Part shown: piece by piece, positions 1 to 7,954 of the stretch | How the letters are laid out: the number at the start of each line of letters is the position of its first letter | Position numbering within the stretch: position 1 is the first letter of the stretch | IMG/VR virus record: IMGVR_UViG_3300045988_092103 | DNA: 36,672 nt | Source of the DNA: a virus | Strand: one strand, 5' to 3' | The notes under the pieces: generated by a model | Told to the model about the DNA's origin: nothing | Database searches by the model: none | Seen by the model: the letters and a program-made list of their open reading frames with translations, nothing else | Translations under genes and position numbers: made by a program

Positions 1-85
1 ATTTTTTTTGCTCTTCCCATCAAAATTCACCTTTCAAGAAATTCCCTGTGTGTAAATCGGCGCTGGACAGCGGTGGTCGCCGCCG
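1..85. repeat. Terminal direct repeat, copy 1 (circular-closure overlap)
   Basis: Bases 1-85 match 36588-36672 letter for letter. The repeat cuts through the 5' end of the terS ORF and into the GC-rich tract. Confidence 0.95.
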
Positions 86-115
86 CCGCGTGGCGGGGGA
101 CCCTCCCCACCCTCT
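58..115. other. GC-rich tract between the HNH gene and terS; candidate packaging site (cos or pac)
   Basis: cggcgctggacagcggtggtcgccgccgccgcgtggcgggggaccctccccaccctc is far more GC-rich than its surroundings. It is non-coding and lies directly between the HNH stop (127) and the terS start. Confidence 0.35.
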
Positions 116-126
116 GTTTGCAGTTC

Positions 127-480
127 TCACCATTCCCCATCTGTAACGTTCATTTTGGGCTTTTGCTGGCTCCTCTGCATTTCATTCAACGTTTTATTGC
201 TTTTCGCTGCGTTGCAACAGTAATGCGCCGGTTGCAGGTTGTTCCAGTCCTGTGCCGCTGCTTCACGTGAGTTATATCCAAACTCACGCCACCTTGACAC
301 CGGTTTGATTTCATCTATAACAAAAGACAACGGATGTTTGCTATCGCTTGGTTCATTGTAATGTATGGGCCCAAGCCTGCCTTTACATATCCCGCATTCT
401 CCACCTATTGCTTTAAACCTCGCCCGGTGTTTTCTTCTCAGATTCCCGTTGGCGCTTCTTGGGTTCCGTTGTTCCTTCAT
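127..480 (-). CDS. HNH (His-Me finger) endonuclease, terminase-associated
   Basis: The track ORF is 127..609. An internal ATG at 480 is preceded by GAGGAAAA. Motifs are CGIC, VIDEIKP and NNLQPAHYCCNAAKSNK. The gene sits immediately upstream of terS on the circular map. Confidence 0.8.
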   Translation of the reverse strand: MKEQRNPRSANGNLRRKHRARFKAIGGECGICKGRLGPIHYNEPSDSKHPLSFVIDEIKPVSRWREFGYNSREAAAQDWNNLQPAHYCCNAAKSNKTLNEMQRSQQKPKMNVTDGEW

Positions 481-696
481 ATCTTTTCCTCTGACGGTTT
501 CTGTATCTGTAATAAGGAGTTCTAAAAAAGTAATTGCAACAAACAAATGTACTGATGTATGAATAAATTCTTTCCAGAGTAAACCGCCAAACCTCTTTCC
601 GGAATTCACGGCAAAGAAAAAGGCAACAATCTTTCGACTGCTGCCCTGTTCATCTCTTTACCTGAATACACTATACCACAGACCAGGTGTATCATT

Positions 697-1122
697 CTAT
701 ATCATCTTGAAGTTTTTTAGTGCTTCTGAATGTTTCCGGTGTACTTGTGCCCACTCATATCCTGTCTTTCTGCAGATATCCTTCCACCTCATAAGATCTA
801 TGTAGCAGTAAGTCAGTACATCTTTCTCTGTCTCATCTTCCATCTGCTCAATTCTTTCCCTGATCTCAGTCCGGATCCTGACTCTTTTCTTCCTCTGTTC
901 CACCAGTTTCCGTTCCTGTTCGTCTACTTCTGCCATATAATCCGACAGATCAGAAAGGCTGCTGCTTTTTGGTAGCCCATCTGCTGCCAGTGCTCCCGGA
1001 AGCATCCTATCCAGCTTCAGGCGTTCCAACTCTTCCTCGATCCGCTTCTCCTGGTGTAATGCTTTGCCGTACTGTTTCAGGTATTCCTTTTTCTTCTCAT
1101 TCTCTTCTTTCACTGTTTCCAT
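697..1122 (-). CDS. Putative late-gene transcriptional activator (sigma-70 region-4-like; DUF1492/ArpU/RinA-type)
   Basis: 141 aa with a charged coiled-coil N-terminus. The C-terminus DVLTYCYIDLMRWKDICRKTGYEWAQVHRKHSEALKNF resembles region-4 HTH late activators. It is positioned just before the packaging genes. Confidence 0.55.
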   Translation of the reverse strand: METVKEENEKKKEYLKQYGKALHQEKRIEEELERLKLDRMLPGALAADGLPKSSSLSDLSDYMAEVDEQERKLVEQRKKRVRIRTEIRERIEQMEDETEKDVLTYCYIDLMRWKDICRKTGYEWAQVHRKHSEALKNFKMI

Positions 1123-1295
1123 CGGTATACCCTCCCTGTCTTCCTATCTCTTAATACTAAGACCTCGAATCCAAGCAGACTTGCTATATCCTTTAATGCT
1201 TTATGTGCTTCCTTTACATGATGTGGGATGCGGCTTGCATCTTGGATGGCTTTGCCTGCTGTTGGATCACAATATCCTTCCTGGTTTTTATACAA
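1110..1295 (-). CDS. Hypothetical small protein (CDPTAGKAI motif)
   Basis: The TTG start is preceded by GAAGGTGA. The ORF is 61 aa and overlaps the next gene's start. Function unknown. Confidence 0.5.
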   Translation of the reverse strand: MYKNQEGYCDPTAGKAIQDASRIPHHVKEAHKALKDIASLLGFEVLVLRDRKTGRVYRWKQ

Positions 1296-1411
1296 TGTTT
1301 CATCACCTTCTCTGCTACTCTATCATTGCCGGAATGAACAGCGCCCATAAGCACCACGCCGATCCCGTCCATTTCATTCCAATAATTACTGCAACTGTCG
1401 TAATTATCCAT
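1214..1411 (-). CDS. Hypothetical protein (overlaps 1110..1295 in another frame)
   Basis: 65-aa ORF with a weak SD and an 82-nt overlap with the downstream ORF. Only one of the two, or a frameshifted product, may be real. Confidence 0.3.
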   Translation of the reverse strand: MDNYDSCSNYWNEMDGIGVVLMGAVHSGNDRVAEKVMKHCIKTRKDIVIQQQAKPSKMQAASHIM

Positions 1412-1439
1412 ACAAGTATCTTTGTATATTTATCTTCCA

Positions 1440-1697
1440 TTATCCTTTATACCTTTCCGGAAGCGGCATCCACGCCACAACCTTATGCGGTTCTCCCTGT
1501 TCATCGAACCAGACACCTGTCTGGGAATAATACAGCGTTGTTGCCTTATCAGCTCCCTCGATCGTGACCAGAAACTCCGCTGCATATTCACTTCTGACAT
1601 ATGATTCTATGAACTCCCGTTGATCTGGGAGTCTTTCTGTTGTTGGAATCCATCTGTTACTCATTATTCTCTGCCTTTCTTCATGAAATCGCGGCAA
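1440..1697 (-). CDS. DUF551-like protein (paralogue 1 of 4)
   Basis: SNRWIPTTERLPDQ ... VVAWMPLPERYKG. The same WIPxxERLP / AWMPLPxxY signature is seen in 2668..2994, 2987..3349 and 3839..4243. Confidence 0.75.
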   Translation of the reverse strand: MPRFHEERQRIMSNRWIPTTERLPDQREFIESYVRSEYAAEFLVTIEGADKATTLYYSQTGVWFDEQGEPHKVVAWMPLPERYKG

Positions 1698-2134
1698 ATA
1701 ATAGTGCTTCTTTGATCTTTCTGTTGTTCTGACTTGTCATGGATATTTCCTACTACTTCAGCATCAACCATTTTTATCCAGTACCCCAGATCTTTTCTAA
1801 AATCTCTTTTCTCGTCCCAGTCTACATAAAATCCGACATGGCAAGTCGTTGTACTGTCAAAGCAACTCTGATATTCACCAAATTTTACAGGAGCATAATA
1901 ATCACCATAATGGTATTTAATAATGTCGTTCTCCCATATCTTCCTTCCCTTCTTGTCTGTAAGTCCGGTGTATTGACAGATCGTATCCGAATCAACGAGA
2001 TAGCCATTCTGTCTGCACGTATCTGCATTTTTAATGTCATATATGAACCATGCACCATATCTTTGAACCACATATCCCTCAACCCATTCTCCACCGTCTA
2101 CTTTCTTCGCTCTAAAAAGAATCTCTCTATTCAT
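1664..2134 (-). CDS. YopX family protein
   Basis: From the ATG at 2134 (ATGA overlap with the upstream stop) the product reads MNREILFRAKKVDGGEWVEGY ... CQYTGLTDKKGRKIWENDII ... VVGNIHD. This is the typical YopX pattern. Confidence 0.8.
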   Translation of the reverse strand: MNREILFRAKKVDGGEWVEGYVVQRYGAWFIYDIKNADTCRQNGYLVDSDTICQYTGLTDKKGRKIWENDIIKYHYGDYYAPVKFGEYQSCFDSTTTCHVGFYVDWDEKRDFRKDLGYWIKMVDAEVVGNIHDKSEQQKDQRSTIICRDFMKKGRE

Positions 2135-2364
2135 TTCTCCTTCTTCCTTTCTTTCATGTACTTCAAAATTTCTTTTTTCACCATCTTGGCATATTTTGGA
2201 TACTCGCATCCAAACATAGCGCATCCATAAAAAACTGTACCATCGCCCGGATCTTCATGATCTACACTCATTTTGCAAGAAGCACACTCTTCAGGACTAT
2301 GCTCTCTGCAATAATCTCCCATTGCCAGTAAGAAGTCTTCGATCTTAACTTTCATCCAGTCCAC
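2131..2364 (-). CDS. Hypothetical Cys-rich protein
   Basis: 77-aa ORF tightly packed in the minus-strand operon. Confidence 0.6.
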   Translation of the reverse strand: MDWMKVKIEDFLLAMGDYCREHSPEECASCKMSVDHEDPGDGTVFYGCAMFGCEYPKYAKMVKKEILKYMKERKKEK

Positions 2365-2671
2365 CTCGCTTCACAATTTCAATCGCCATATCTATAGCGT
2401 GTTCTTCACTCATATCTCCATCCCAGCACTCATTGAGACATTCGCAATATCCGCAGTCCTCACAAGCTCCATCAAGCTTTAGCTGCTCTAAGTTAGAGAC
2501 AACATTCTCCACGTCAAACGCTGTCGGCTGTTCTTCTACCGCTTTCATGCACTCTTTTATTGTCTCGTAGATTTCTTTCTGATTTTTACCGTCATTGCGT
2601 CCGAACGGAGCTTCTTGCAAAGCATAATCATTCAAGTGAAGTACCAGTTTGTCCGCATCAATTAATCTCAT
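2345..2671 (-). CDS. Hypothetical protein (RLIDADKL N-terminus, Cys-rich C-terminal half)
   Basis: The ATG at 2671 forms an ATGA overlap with the upstream stop. The track start at 2677 is GTG. Confidence 0.6.
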   Translation of the reverse strand: MRLIDADKLVLHLNDYALQEAPFGRNDGKNQKEIYETIKECMKAVEEQPTAFDVENVVSNLEQLKLDGACEDCGYCECLNECWDGDMSEEHAIDMAIEIVKRGGLDES

Positions 2672-2994
2672 AACCACTCTTCCTCTCTATACAGCTTCGG
2701 CAACGGCATCCATGCATTTACAAATATTCCGTAACTTGAATATGGTTTTTCATCATCTCCCGGATAGAATGTACCACCCCCGCCATTTTCTTCGTACCTT
2801 GCGATATCTGGCATTGTGGAGTTTTTAAATGATACCAGTATGTAGCTTTCATCTTCCGGCAATCTCTCGCTTATTGGAATCCACTGAGTTTCTTTCAGCG
2901 CATGTATCCCCATTTCAATAGCAGCTACTGTTTCCTCAGTCCAGCCCCATTCAAGATGTTTCACTAATCTATCTATTGCTTGTTGATTATTCAT
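2668..2994 (-). CDS. DUF551-like protein (paralogue 2 of 4)
   Basis: ETQWIPISERLPEDESYILVS ... VNAWMPLPKLYREEEW. Confidence 0.75.
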   Translation of the reverse strand: MNNQQAIDRLVKHLEWGWTEETVAAIEMGIHALKETQWIPISERLPEDESYILVSFKNSTMPDIARYEENGGGGTFYPGDDEKPYSSYGIFVNAWMPLPKLYREEEWL

Positions 2995-3349
2995 CTTCAG
3001 CCTCCTTATACGGTTCCGGCAACGGCATCCATGCTATTACATCCAAAATTCCCCATCCATCCGTGAAATTAATTCCATTCCAAAAAGCCCTAAATGGATA
3101 TACTTTGTCTTGGTCGCTACTTCCGTATTTTGTCGTTACCAAATACACTTCAAGACATTTTCCATCAAACACCAGATTTTCTTTTGGCTCTTCAGGTATC
3201 CGTTCACTGCATGGAATCCACTTTGGTTTCGCTAACTCTCCAATCTCTTCTGCCAGCTCATCCAGTTTTGCATGAATGAATTCCGATGGTACTCTTGTCA
3301 GCGTTCTAATGTCTTCTTGTATCTCTTCTAATGATCTGTTTCTACTCAT
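2987..3349 (-). CDS. DUF551-like protein (paralogue 3 of 4)
   Basis: KPKWIPCSERIPEEPK ... VIAWMPLPEPYKEAEDE. Confidence 0.75.
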   Translation of the reverse strand: MSRNRSLEEIQEDIRTLTRVPSEFIHAKLDELAEEIGELAKPKWIPCSERIPEEPKENLVFDGKCLEVYLVTTKYGSSDQDKVYPFRAFWNGINFTDGWGILDVIAWMPLPEPYKEAEDE

Positions 3350-3400
3350 ACTTACACCTCCTCTTCTTTTGGAAATTGAAAAATAAAAATTTCGGAAATT

Positions 3401-3634
3401 TTATCTCTTGCTTTTCCCTCTTTTCGTCTTGTATTTTGCATAAATCTTTTCGCCTCTTCTGCCTTTATATAATTTTCTTATTGCCGATCCAAGTCCATTT
3501 TCCATATCCTCGGCAGTCCGCTCCCATGTATCTTCTGCTTCTCCCAACAGTTCAACTGAATTAGATACATAATCAATCAGCTTTTCAATCTCCAAATCTG
3601 TGAAATAAATACTCCGTCCCATTTGCTTTACCAC
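3401..3634 (-). CDS. Hypothetical protein with a basic C-terminus
   Basis: 77-aa ORF whose start overlaps the upstream stop region. Confidence 0.55.
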   Translation of the reverse strand: MVKQMGRSIYFTDLEIEKLIDYVSNSVELLGEAEDTWERTAEDMENGLGSAIRKLYKGRRGEKIYAKYKTKRGKSKR

Positions 3635-3846
3635 CCCATATCATTACGGTATCCAATTGCACTTGGATTTACCATGTATGATCTTTTCAGCTCCGATTCA
3701 TCCAATTGGTGTTTCAGCTTGCTTATTTTTTTCTTTAGTGCCCGGTTTTCTTTTAATACTGCCATGAGTTTGCAGCTATCTTTCTGATCACATTTCGTAT
3801 CTTCTGAATAGTTTTCACACATCAGGCATACTTCTTTTTCAGTCAT
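3628..3846 (-). CDS. Hypothetical protein (Cys cluster plus coiled coil)
   Basis: 72-aa ORF in operon context. Confidence 0.55.
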   Translation of the reverse strand: MTEKEVCLMCENYSEDTKCDQKDSCKLMAVLKENRALKKKISKLKHQLDESELKRSYMVNPSAIGYRNDMGW

Positions 3847-4243
3847 TGTTGCCGCCTTTCTTGTATGGTTTTGGAAGTGGCATCCATGCTTTTATATCTT
3901 TCCAATCATTTCCACTTTCCAAGTAATGCCCTACAATATCTATGCTGTTCTCATCGGTCCATACCCTTTTTCCGTCTGTTACTATTATTTCTTCACCATC
4001 TTCCGGCATCGGGCAGTCCAGATAATAGACTATATCATCCGGGATTCCTTCCTCTTCCCGTTCGGCATCCAATATCACATGCCATTTCACCGGAATCCAT
4101 TTCGAGATCATTCCAGTCTCTTCTAAATCCTCATATTCTGCCAGCTTATTACAGCACGCCTGGTGTCCGTTTTTTCTCAAATCCATTCTTGGTATAGCGT
4201 GTCGGTCTTCTCCTTCGCCAATCCATTCTGTCAATCTATCCAT
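3839..4243 (-). CDS. DUF551-like protein (paralogue 4 of 4)
   Basis: The ATG at 4243 is preceded by AGGAAGGGG. Motifs are ISKWIPVKW ... IKAWMPLPKPYKKG. The track ORF extends to 4264. Confidence 0.7.
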   Translation of the reverse strand: MDRLTEWIGEGEDRHAIPRMDLRKNGHQACCNKLAEYEDLEETGMISKWIPVKWHVILDAEREEEGIPDDIVYYLDCPMPEDGEEIIVTDGKRVWTDENSIDIVGHYLESGNDWKDIKAWMPLPKPYKKGGNND

Positions 4244-4245
4244 TG

Positions 4246-4467
4246 TTACCCCTTCCTGCGCCATGATTCCACGCCTTCCATTCCTTCTTTACTGGTCAAC
4301 TGCTGCCACTCCCAGTTTATATAGCTCCTCACAATCCCTTTCTGGTTTCTGACCTGCACATGGTGCGGATAGATTCCAAGAATCGTGACTTTTTCCGTAG
4401 CGAGTCTGGTTTTACCTCCCTTCTGGGAGATCCTGCGCCTTAACTGTACTTTGTCTCCAACTTTCAT
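4246..4467 (-). CDS. Hypothetical small basic protein
   Basis: 73-aa ORF, first gene after the 4468-4542 gap. Confidence 0.55.
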   Translation of the reverse strand: MKVGDKVQLRRRISQKGGKTRLATEKVTILGIYPHHVQVRNQKGIVRSYINWEWQQLTSKEGMEGVESWRRKG

Positions 4468-4542
4468 TTTTTTGTTCCTTTCAGTCTTACCTTGCGCATT
4501 TTCTTGCTTACCGAGTATATGAACGCCCGCATATTGCCGGGT

Positions 4543-5661
4543 TTAGTCGTCTTCCTCTTCATCTTTCTCACCCTCCCGGTTCTCTAAAATGATTCCATTT
4601 GCATTTATGTCTCCGTCCGCTTTTACCAGAATGTATTTCTCCCCGTTAATTACTTCTAATGTAACGAGGTCTGTTCTGTCTGCGCTTACCGATACATGTG
4701 CATCTGAAAGTCCAATTTCAAATGTTTTCGTGCTCACTGTGTTGTCCGCATCGATTTCAGCCGCGTCACAGTCTTTTGTTTTTTCTGCTGCCAGTTCCGG
4801 ATCTATCCCGATGCTTTTTAATACGTTTTCCAGCTCCGCGCCTTTTAATATCCGGTTGTTGGATTCTGCTTTTATTTCACGGATTCTTCCAAGGTAATGA
4901 TAAATATCTTTCGCCTGTTCCAGGCTTACTTTTCCGTCTGCTGCATTTAACCCTTCCCTAAAAGCTTCTTTTTGCTCTTTTGGTGTGGATGGCATCCCGC
5001 ATCGGAGTGTCTGCGTGATCAGGCCTGCGTCCGGTTTATCCGGAACTTTGCTGTAGTACCAGATATGTTCCGGATCTTCGTGGCGATCTGTAAATGCCGG
5101 ATATAAAAATCCTTGTGTCGGCATACTTACTACCCAGTCTCTTGTACGTTCCTGAATATCTGCCAGTTCTGGTTTATAAGATAATCCTGCCGCCGATAAG
5201 CTTACCGGGCAGATACATCCGATCATGTACTCATAAACCTCTTCGCTTTCATCCAGATCCGCTCCGTCCGTGGCAATTCCCGGAATGTCGTAGATTCCAC
5301 TGGCAATTAGAATCAGGGAATACCCTTTATTCGATATGTCAATAGACTCTGCAATCTCTTCCAGGAAGATCTGGCGTACATCGTTGTCTTCTAATCCTGT
5401 TTTTACAATCGTGGCCAGATGCTGCTTTCTTGTTTTTCCCTCAAAATCCAGCTGAAACATATTTCTTCCAGGCTTTCCAGATAAAACTTTTTTGAAGATA
5501 TCCAAGTATTTGAATGTTTCCGTCTCTTCGAGGTTTAAAAAGTTTTTTACAAATTCCAACCTACAGTTCCGGTCATTATCTACGATATATCCGGTTATCC
5601 TTGTGATATTGTACCTGTCTATTGTTAGAGTTCTTTTGATCTCCAGTAACTCTTTCTTCAT
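4543..5661 (-). CDS. DUF4317 family protein
   Basis: The ATG at 5661 is preceded by GAAAGGAG. The product reads MKKELLEIKRTLTIDRYNITRITGYIV ... FKYLDIFKKVLSGKPGRN ... ICPV ... GFLYPAFTDR, which matches the remembered DUF4317 pattern. Length is about 372 aa. Confidence 0.65.
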   Translation of the reverse strand: MKKELLEIKRTLTIDRYNITRITGYIVDNDRNCRLEFVKNFLNLEETETFKYLDIFKKVLSGKPGRNMFQLDFEGKTRKQHLATIVKTGLEDNDVRQIFLEEIAESIDISNKGYSLILIASGIYDIPGIATDGADLDESEEVYEYMIGCICPVSLSAAGLSYKPELADIQERTRDWVVSMPTQGFLYPAFTDRHEDPEHIWYYSKVPDKPDAGLITQTLRCGMPSTPKEQKEAFREGLNAADGKVSLEQAKDIYHYLGRIREIKAESNNRILKGAELENVLKSIGIDPELAAEKTKDCDAAEIDADNTVSTKTFEIGLSDAHVSVSADRTDLVTLEVINGEKYILVKADGDINANGIILENREGEKDEEEDD

Positions 5662-5736
5662 GTCGCTCCTTTCTGGCTGCCGCACCGGGCAGCCATGCAC
5701 TCTGCGAAATTGTGATATATTAACTTCCTGTGGTGC

Positions 5737-6087
5737 CTATAAATAATTCTTTCCGGCGTTTTTCATCCACTCTTCCCTGGTGTGGGTTCTTTCGTACACT
5801 TCCTGGGCTTTCGCCATCAGGATCCTCGCGTTCTTGGCATTGTTATGGACTGCTGCCGGTCCGTTCCGGTGATGTTCCAGGCAGAGATTTACTTTTAACC
5901 CTTCCGCCTCTGCAAATGCATGGGTGTTACCAAACAAAACATGATGCTCTTCCAGATATGGCTTGCATGTAAAATCTCCATCCAGTAACATGCACAGGTA
6001 GCACCGACGATCGCCTTTTGGCTGCATGATGCTTTTTTTGTGCTTCTTACGTTTCTTCTTAGTTGGTTTCGGAAACATCATATTCAC
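5737..6087 (-). CDS. Putative HNHc-type (Cys/His-rich) nuclease
   Basis: A basic N-terminus is followed by CYLC ... EEHHVLFG ... LCLEHHRNGPAAVH. This C-x2-C / HH / C-x2-HH pattern resembles the phage 'putative HNHc nuclease' family. Confidence 0.5.
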   Translation of the reverse strand: MNMMFPKPTKKKRKKHKKSIMQPKGDRRCYLCMLLDGDFTCKPYLEEHHVLFGNTHAFAEAEGLKVNLCLEHHRNGPAAVHNNAKNARILMAKAQEVYERTHTREEWMKNAGKNYL

Positions 6088-6325
6088 CAGATAACACCTC
6101 CCCGTTTTGATCTACTTTTTCGTTTAAATACAGATACCATTCCTGTGAACTGTGTACTTTTTGGGTTGTCTCTGCAAGGTACAGAGCCGCATGATACAAG
6201 GGAATTGTCTGGAGATATTCCCGGCGGGTTAATTTGATTTTGGGAAATGTGGCCAGATATTCTTCTACGGTTACATTTTTCGGGCAGGCATCCGGTTTCC
6301 AGTCTTCTACACTTAACTGCTCCAT
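6059..6325 (-). CDS. Hypothetical protein
   Basis: The ATG at 6325 lies 1 nt after the ParB-like stop and is preceded by AAGGAG. The track ORF extends to 6400. Confidence 0.6.
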   Translation of the reverse strand: MEQLSVEDWKPDACPKNVTVEEYLATFPKIKLTRREYLQTIPLYHAALYLAETTQKVHSSQEWYLYLNEKVDQNGEVLSGEYDVSETN

Positions 6326-6326
6326 C

Positions 6327-7682
6327 TTAGGACTCCTTTTTGTATAGCTCATGGTTGCCGTAAACCAAATCCGCCTCTTCTCTTTCATAACTCCAGCCAT
6401 AACGCATTAAGATTTTGAAGCATTCCTGGTATCTCTTTCCGGCATCCTCTTTGTATTCTCCGGAATACTCTACTAAATCCCCGGTATAATCATCTATCAT
6501 GTTGTTCATTGCAATCAGGAGCAACACCTGCGTATCCAGTGTTTGTATTTTTTCTTCTGCTTCTTCCTTTTCTTTCTCATCTGCATCATACAGGCTTTTC
6601 CCGGTAAAAAATTTTAGAACCATTCCATTTCCTAACCAACAGGACTTCTCCATCATGTTCCGGATCATCTTTTCAATGATTTTCTGGCGTTCCTCATCTT
6701 TTAACAGTTCGATTTTTCCGTCTGCTATTGTCCGGATGAATTCTTTTTTTCTTTCATTCATTTTTTTCTGTAAAGCTTTCAACTGCTTTGTCTTTTTTCT
6801 CTGCCTGTCCCATTCCGTTTCAACCTTTTCTGATTTCGGGAGTTTTTCCACTACATCAATCCCATTCCAACCATCCAGATAATACAGTTCTTTTCCGCGG
6901 ATATTGATTCTCTTTGGTGGTTCTTTATCCAGGCTGAACGTTTTTACATCTTTCAGCTCTGCCGTATACTTCTTTTTTTCTATCTCCTTTGTGGCTTTCT
7001 TGATTCCTGCTTCCTCCAGAAGCTCAACAATAATCTTTTTGTTCTTCTCCCTCTCTTTGTTTTTAATCTCCGCTTCTACTTTCCACTTAATCTGTCTTGA
7101 GTCTGCAGCATCTTTCAATATTCTGTTCCTTGTTTCAACATCTTCGATTCTCGACAGTTCAGCAAGATCTTTTAGATTCAGCTGATATACCCCGTCTTCA
7201 TCCGTCTTTTCCTTCACCAGATCCCGGTCAAGCTTCGCAATCTCCAGCCTCCGGCGCACGGTTGTTCTGGAGAATCCGGTCTTTTCCGCAATCTGTTCTT
7301 CCGTATCTCCAAGGTTAAGCATCATCTGGAAGCCTTCCGCCTGTTCCAGGACCGTCAGATCGATGCGCTGCATATTCTCTTCCAGCATGGTTCCGACCTG
7401 GTCTTTATAGCTCATGTCCTCTACGATCCGGCATGGATACATAGTTACGCCTGCCATTTTTCCGGCGGCGAACCGGCGGTGCCCGATGATCAGCGTGTAT
7501 CCTTCTTCATGGTGTGTACGTTTTTCGTCCCAGTATCCCGGAATGACCGTAAGGTTCTGCATGATCCCTTTTTTCTTGATTGACTCACTCAGCTCCGTCA
7601 GATCACCCAGGTCTTTTCGTGGGTTATCCGGATGCTGGTGAATCAGCTTGGCGTTGATATTCGTTATTCCACTGGTTGTCAT
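6327..7682 (-). CDS. ParB/Srx N-terminal domain protein with an HTH and a long charged C-terminus
   Basis: IHQHPDNPRKDLGDLTELSESIKKKGIMQNLTV ... LIIGHRRFAAGKMAG is a ParB-box-like motif. TEEQIAEKTGFSRTTVRRRLEIAKL is an HTH. Confidence 0.8.
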   Translation of the reverse strand: MTTSGITNINAKLIHQHPDNPRKDLGDLTELSESIKKKGIMQNLTVIPGYWDEKRTHHEEGYTLIIGHRRFAAGKMAGVTMYPCRIVEDMSYKDQVGTMLEENMQRIDLTVLEQAEGFQMMLNLGDTEEQIAEKTGFSRTTVRRRLEIAKLDRDLVKEKTDEDGVYQLNLKDLAELSRIEDVETRNRILKDAADSRQIKWKVEAEIKNKEREKNKKIIVELLEEAGIKKATKEIEKKKYTAELKDVKTFSLDKEPPKRINIRGKELYYLDGWNGIDVVEKLPKSEKVETEWDRQRKKTKQLKALQKKMNERKKEFIRTIADGKIELLKDEERQKIIEKMIRNMMEKSCWLGNGMVLKFFTGKSLYDADEKEKEEAEEKIQTLDTQVLLLIAMNNMIDDYTGDLVEYSGEYKEDAGKRYQECFKILMRYGWSYEREEADLVYGNHELYKKES

Positions 7683-7954
7683 TTTATTTTTTCCTCCCTT
7701 TCTTCTCTTAAATGTCCTGCTGTATCATTAAGCGTTATTGCCATACTTTCGCACATCGTGATAAGTGCTGATTTTAGGCTTTTCATCCATCCGTCAATCT
7801 CTTTTGTTAACGTCTCCATCATTGTCGGCAATGTTATATTTATCTGCCTCGCCATTTTCCTTGCGTACCGCCGTTGTTTTCGTTTATCCAGCTCGAACGG
7901 AGGATTTGCTCCATACTTTTTCTTGTAATTCTTTTTCCATTGCCTATATTTCAT
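7679..7954 (-). CDS. Hypothetical basic protein
   Basis: 91-aa ORF with ATGA-type coupling to the ParB-like gene. Confidence 0.55.
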   Translation of the reverse strand: MKYRQWKKNYKKKYGANPPFELDKRKQRRYARKMARQINITLPTMMETLTKEIDGWMKSLKSALITMCESMAITLNDTAGHLREEREEKIK

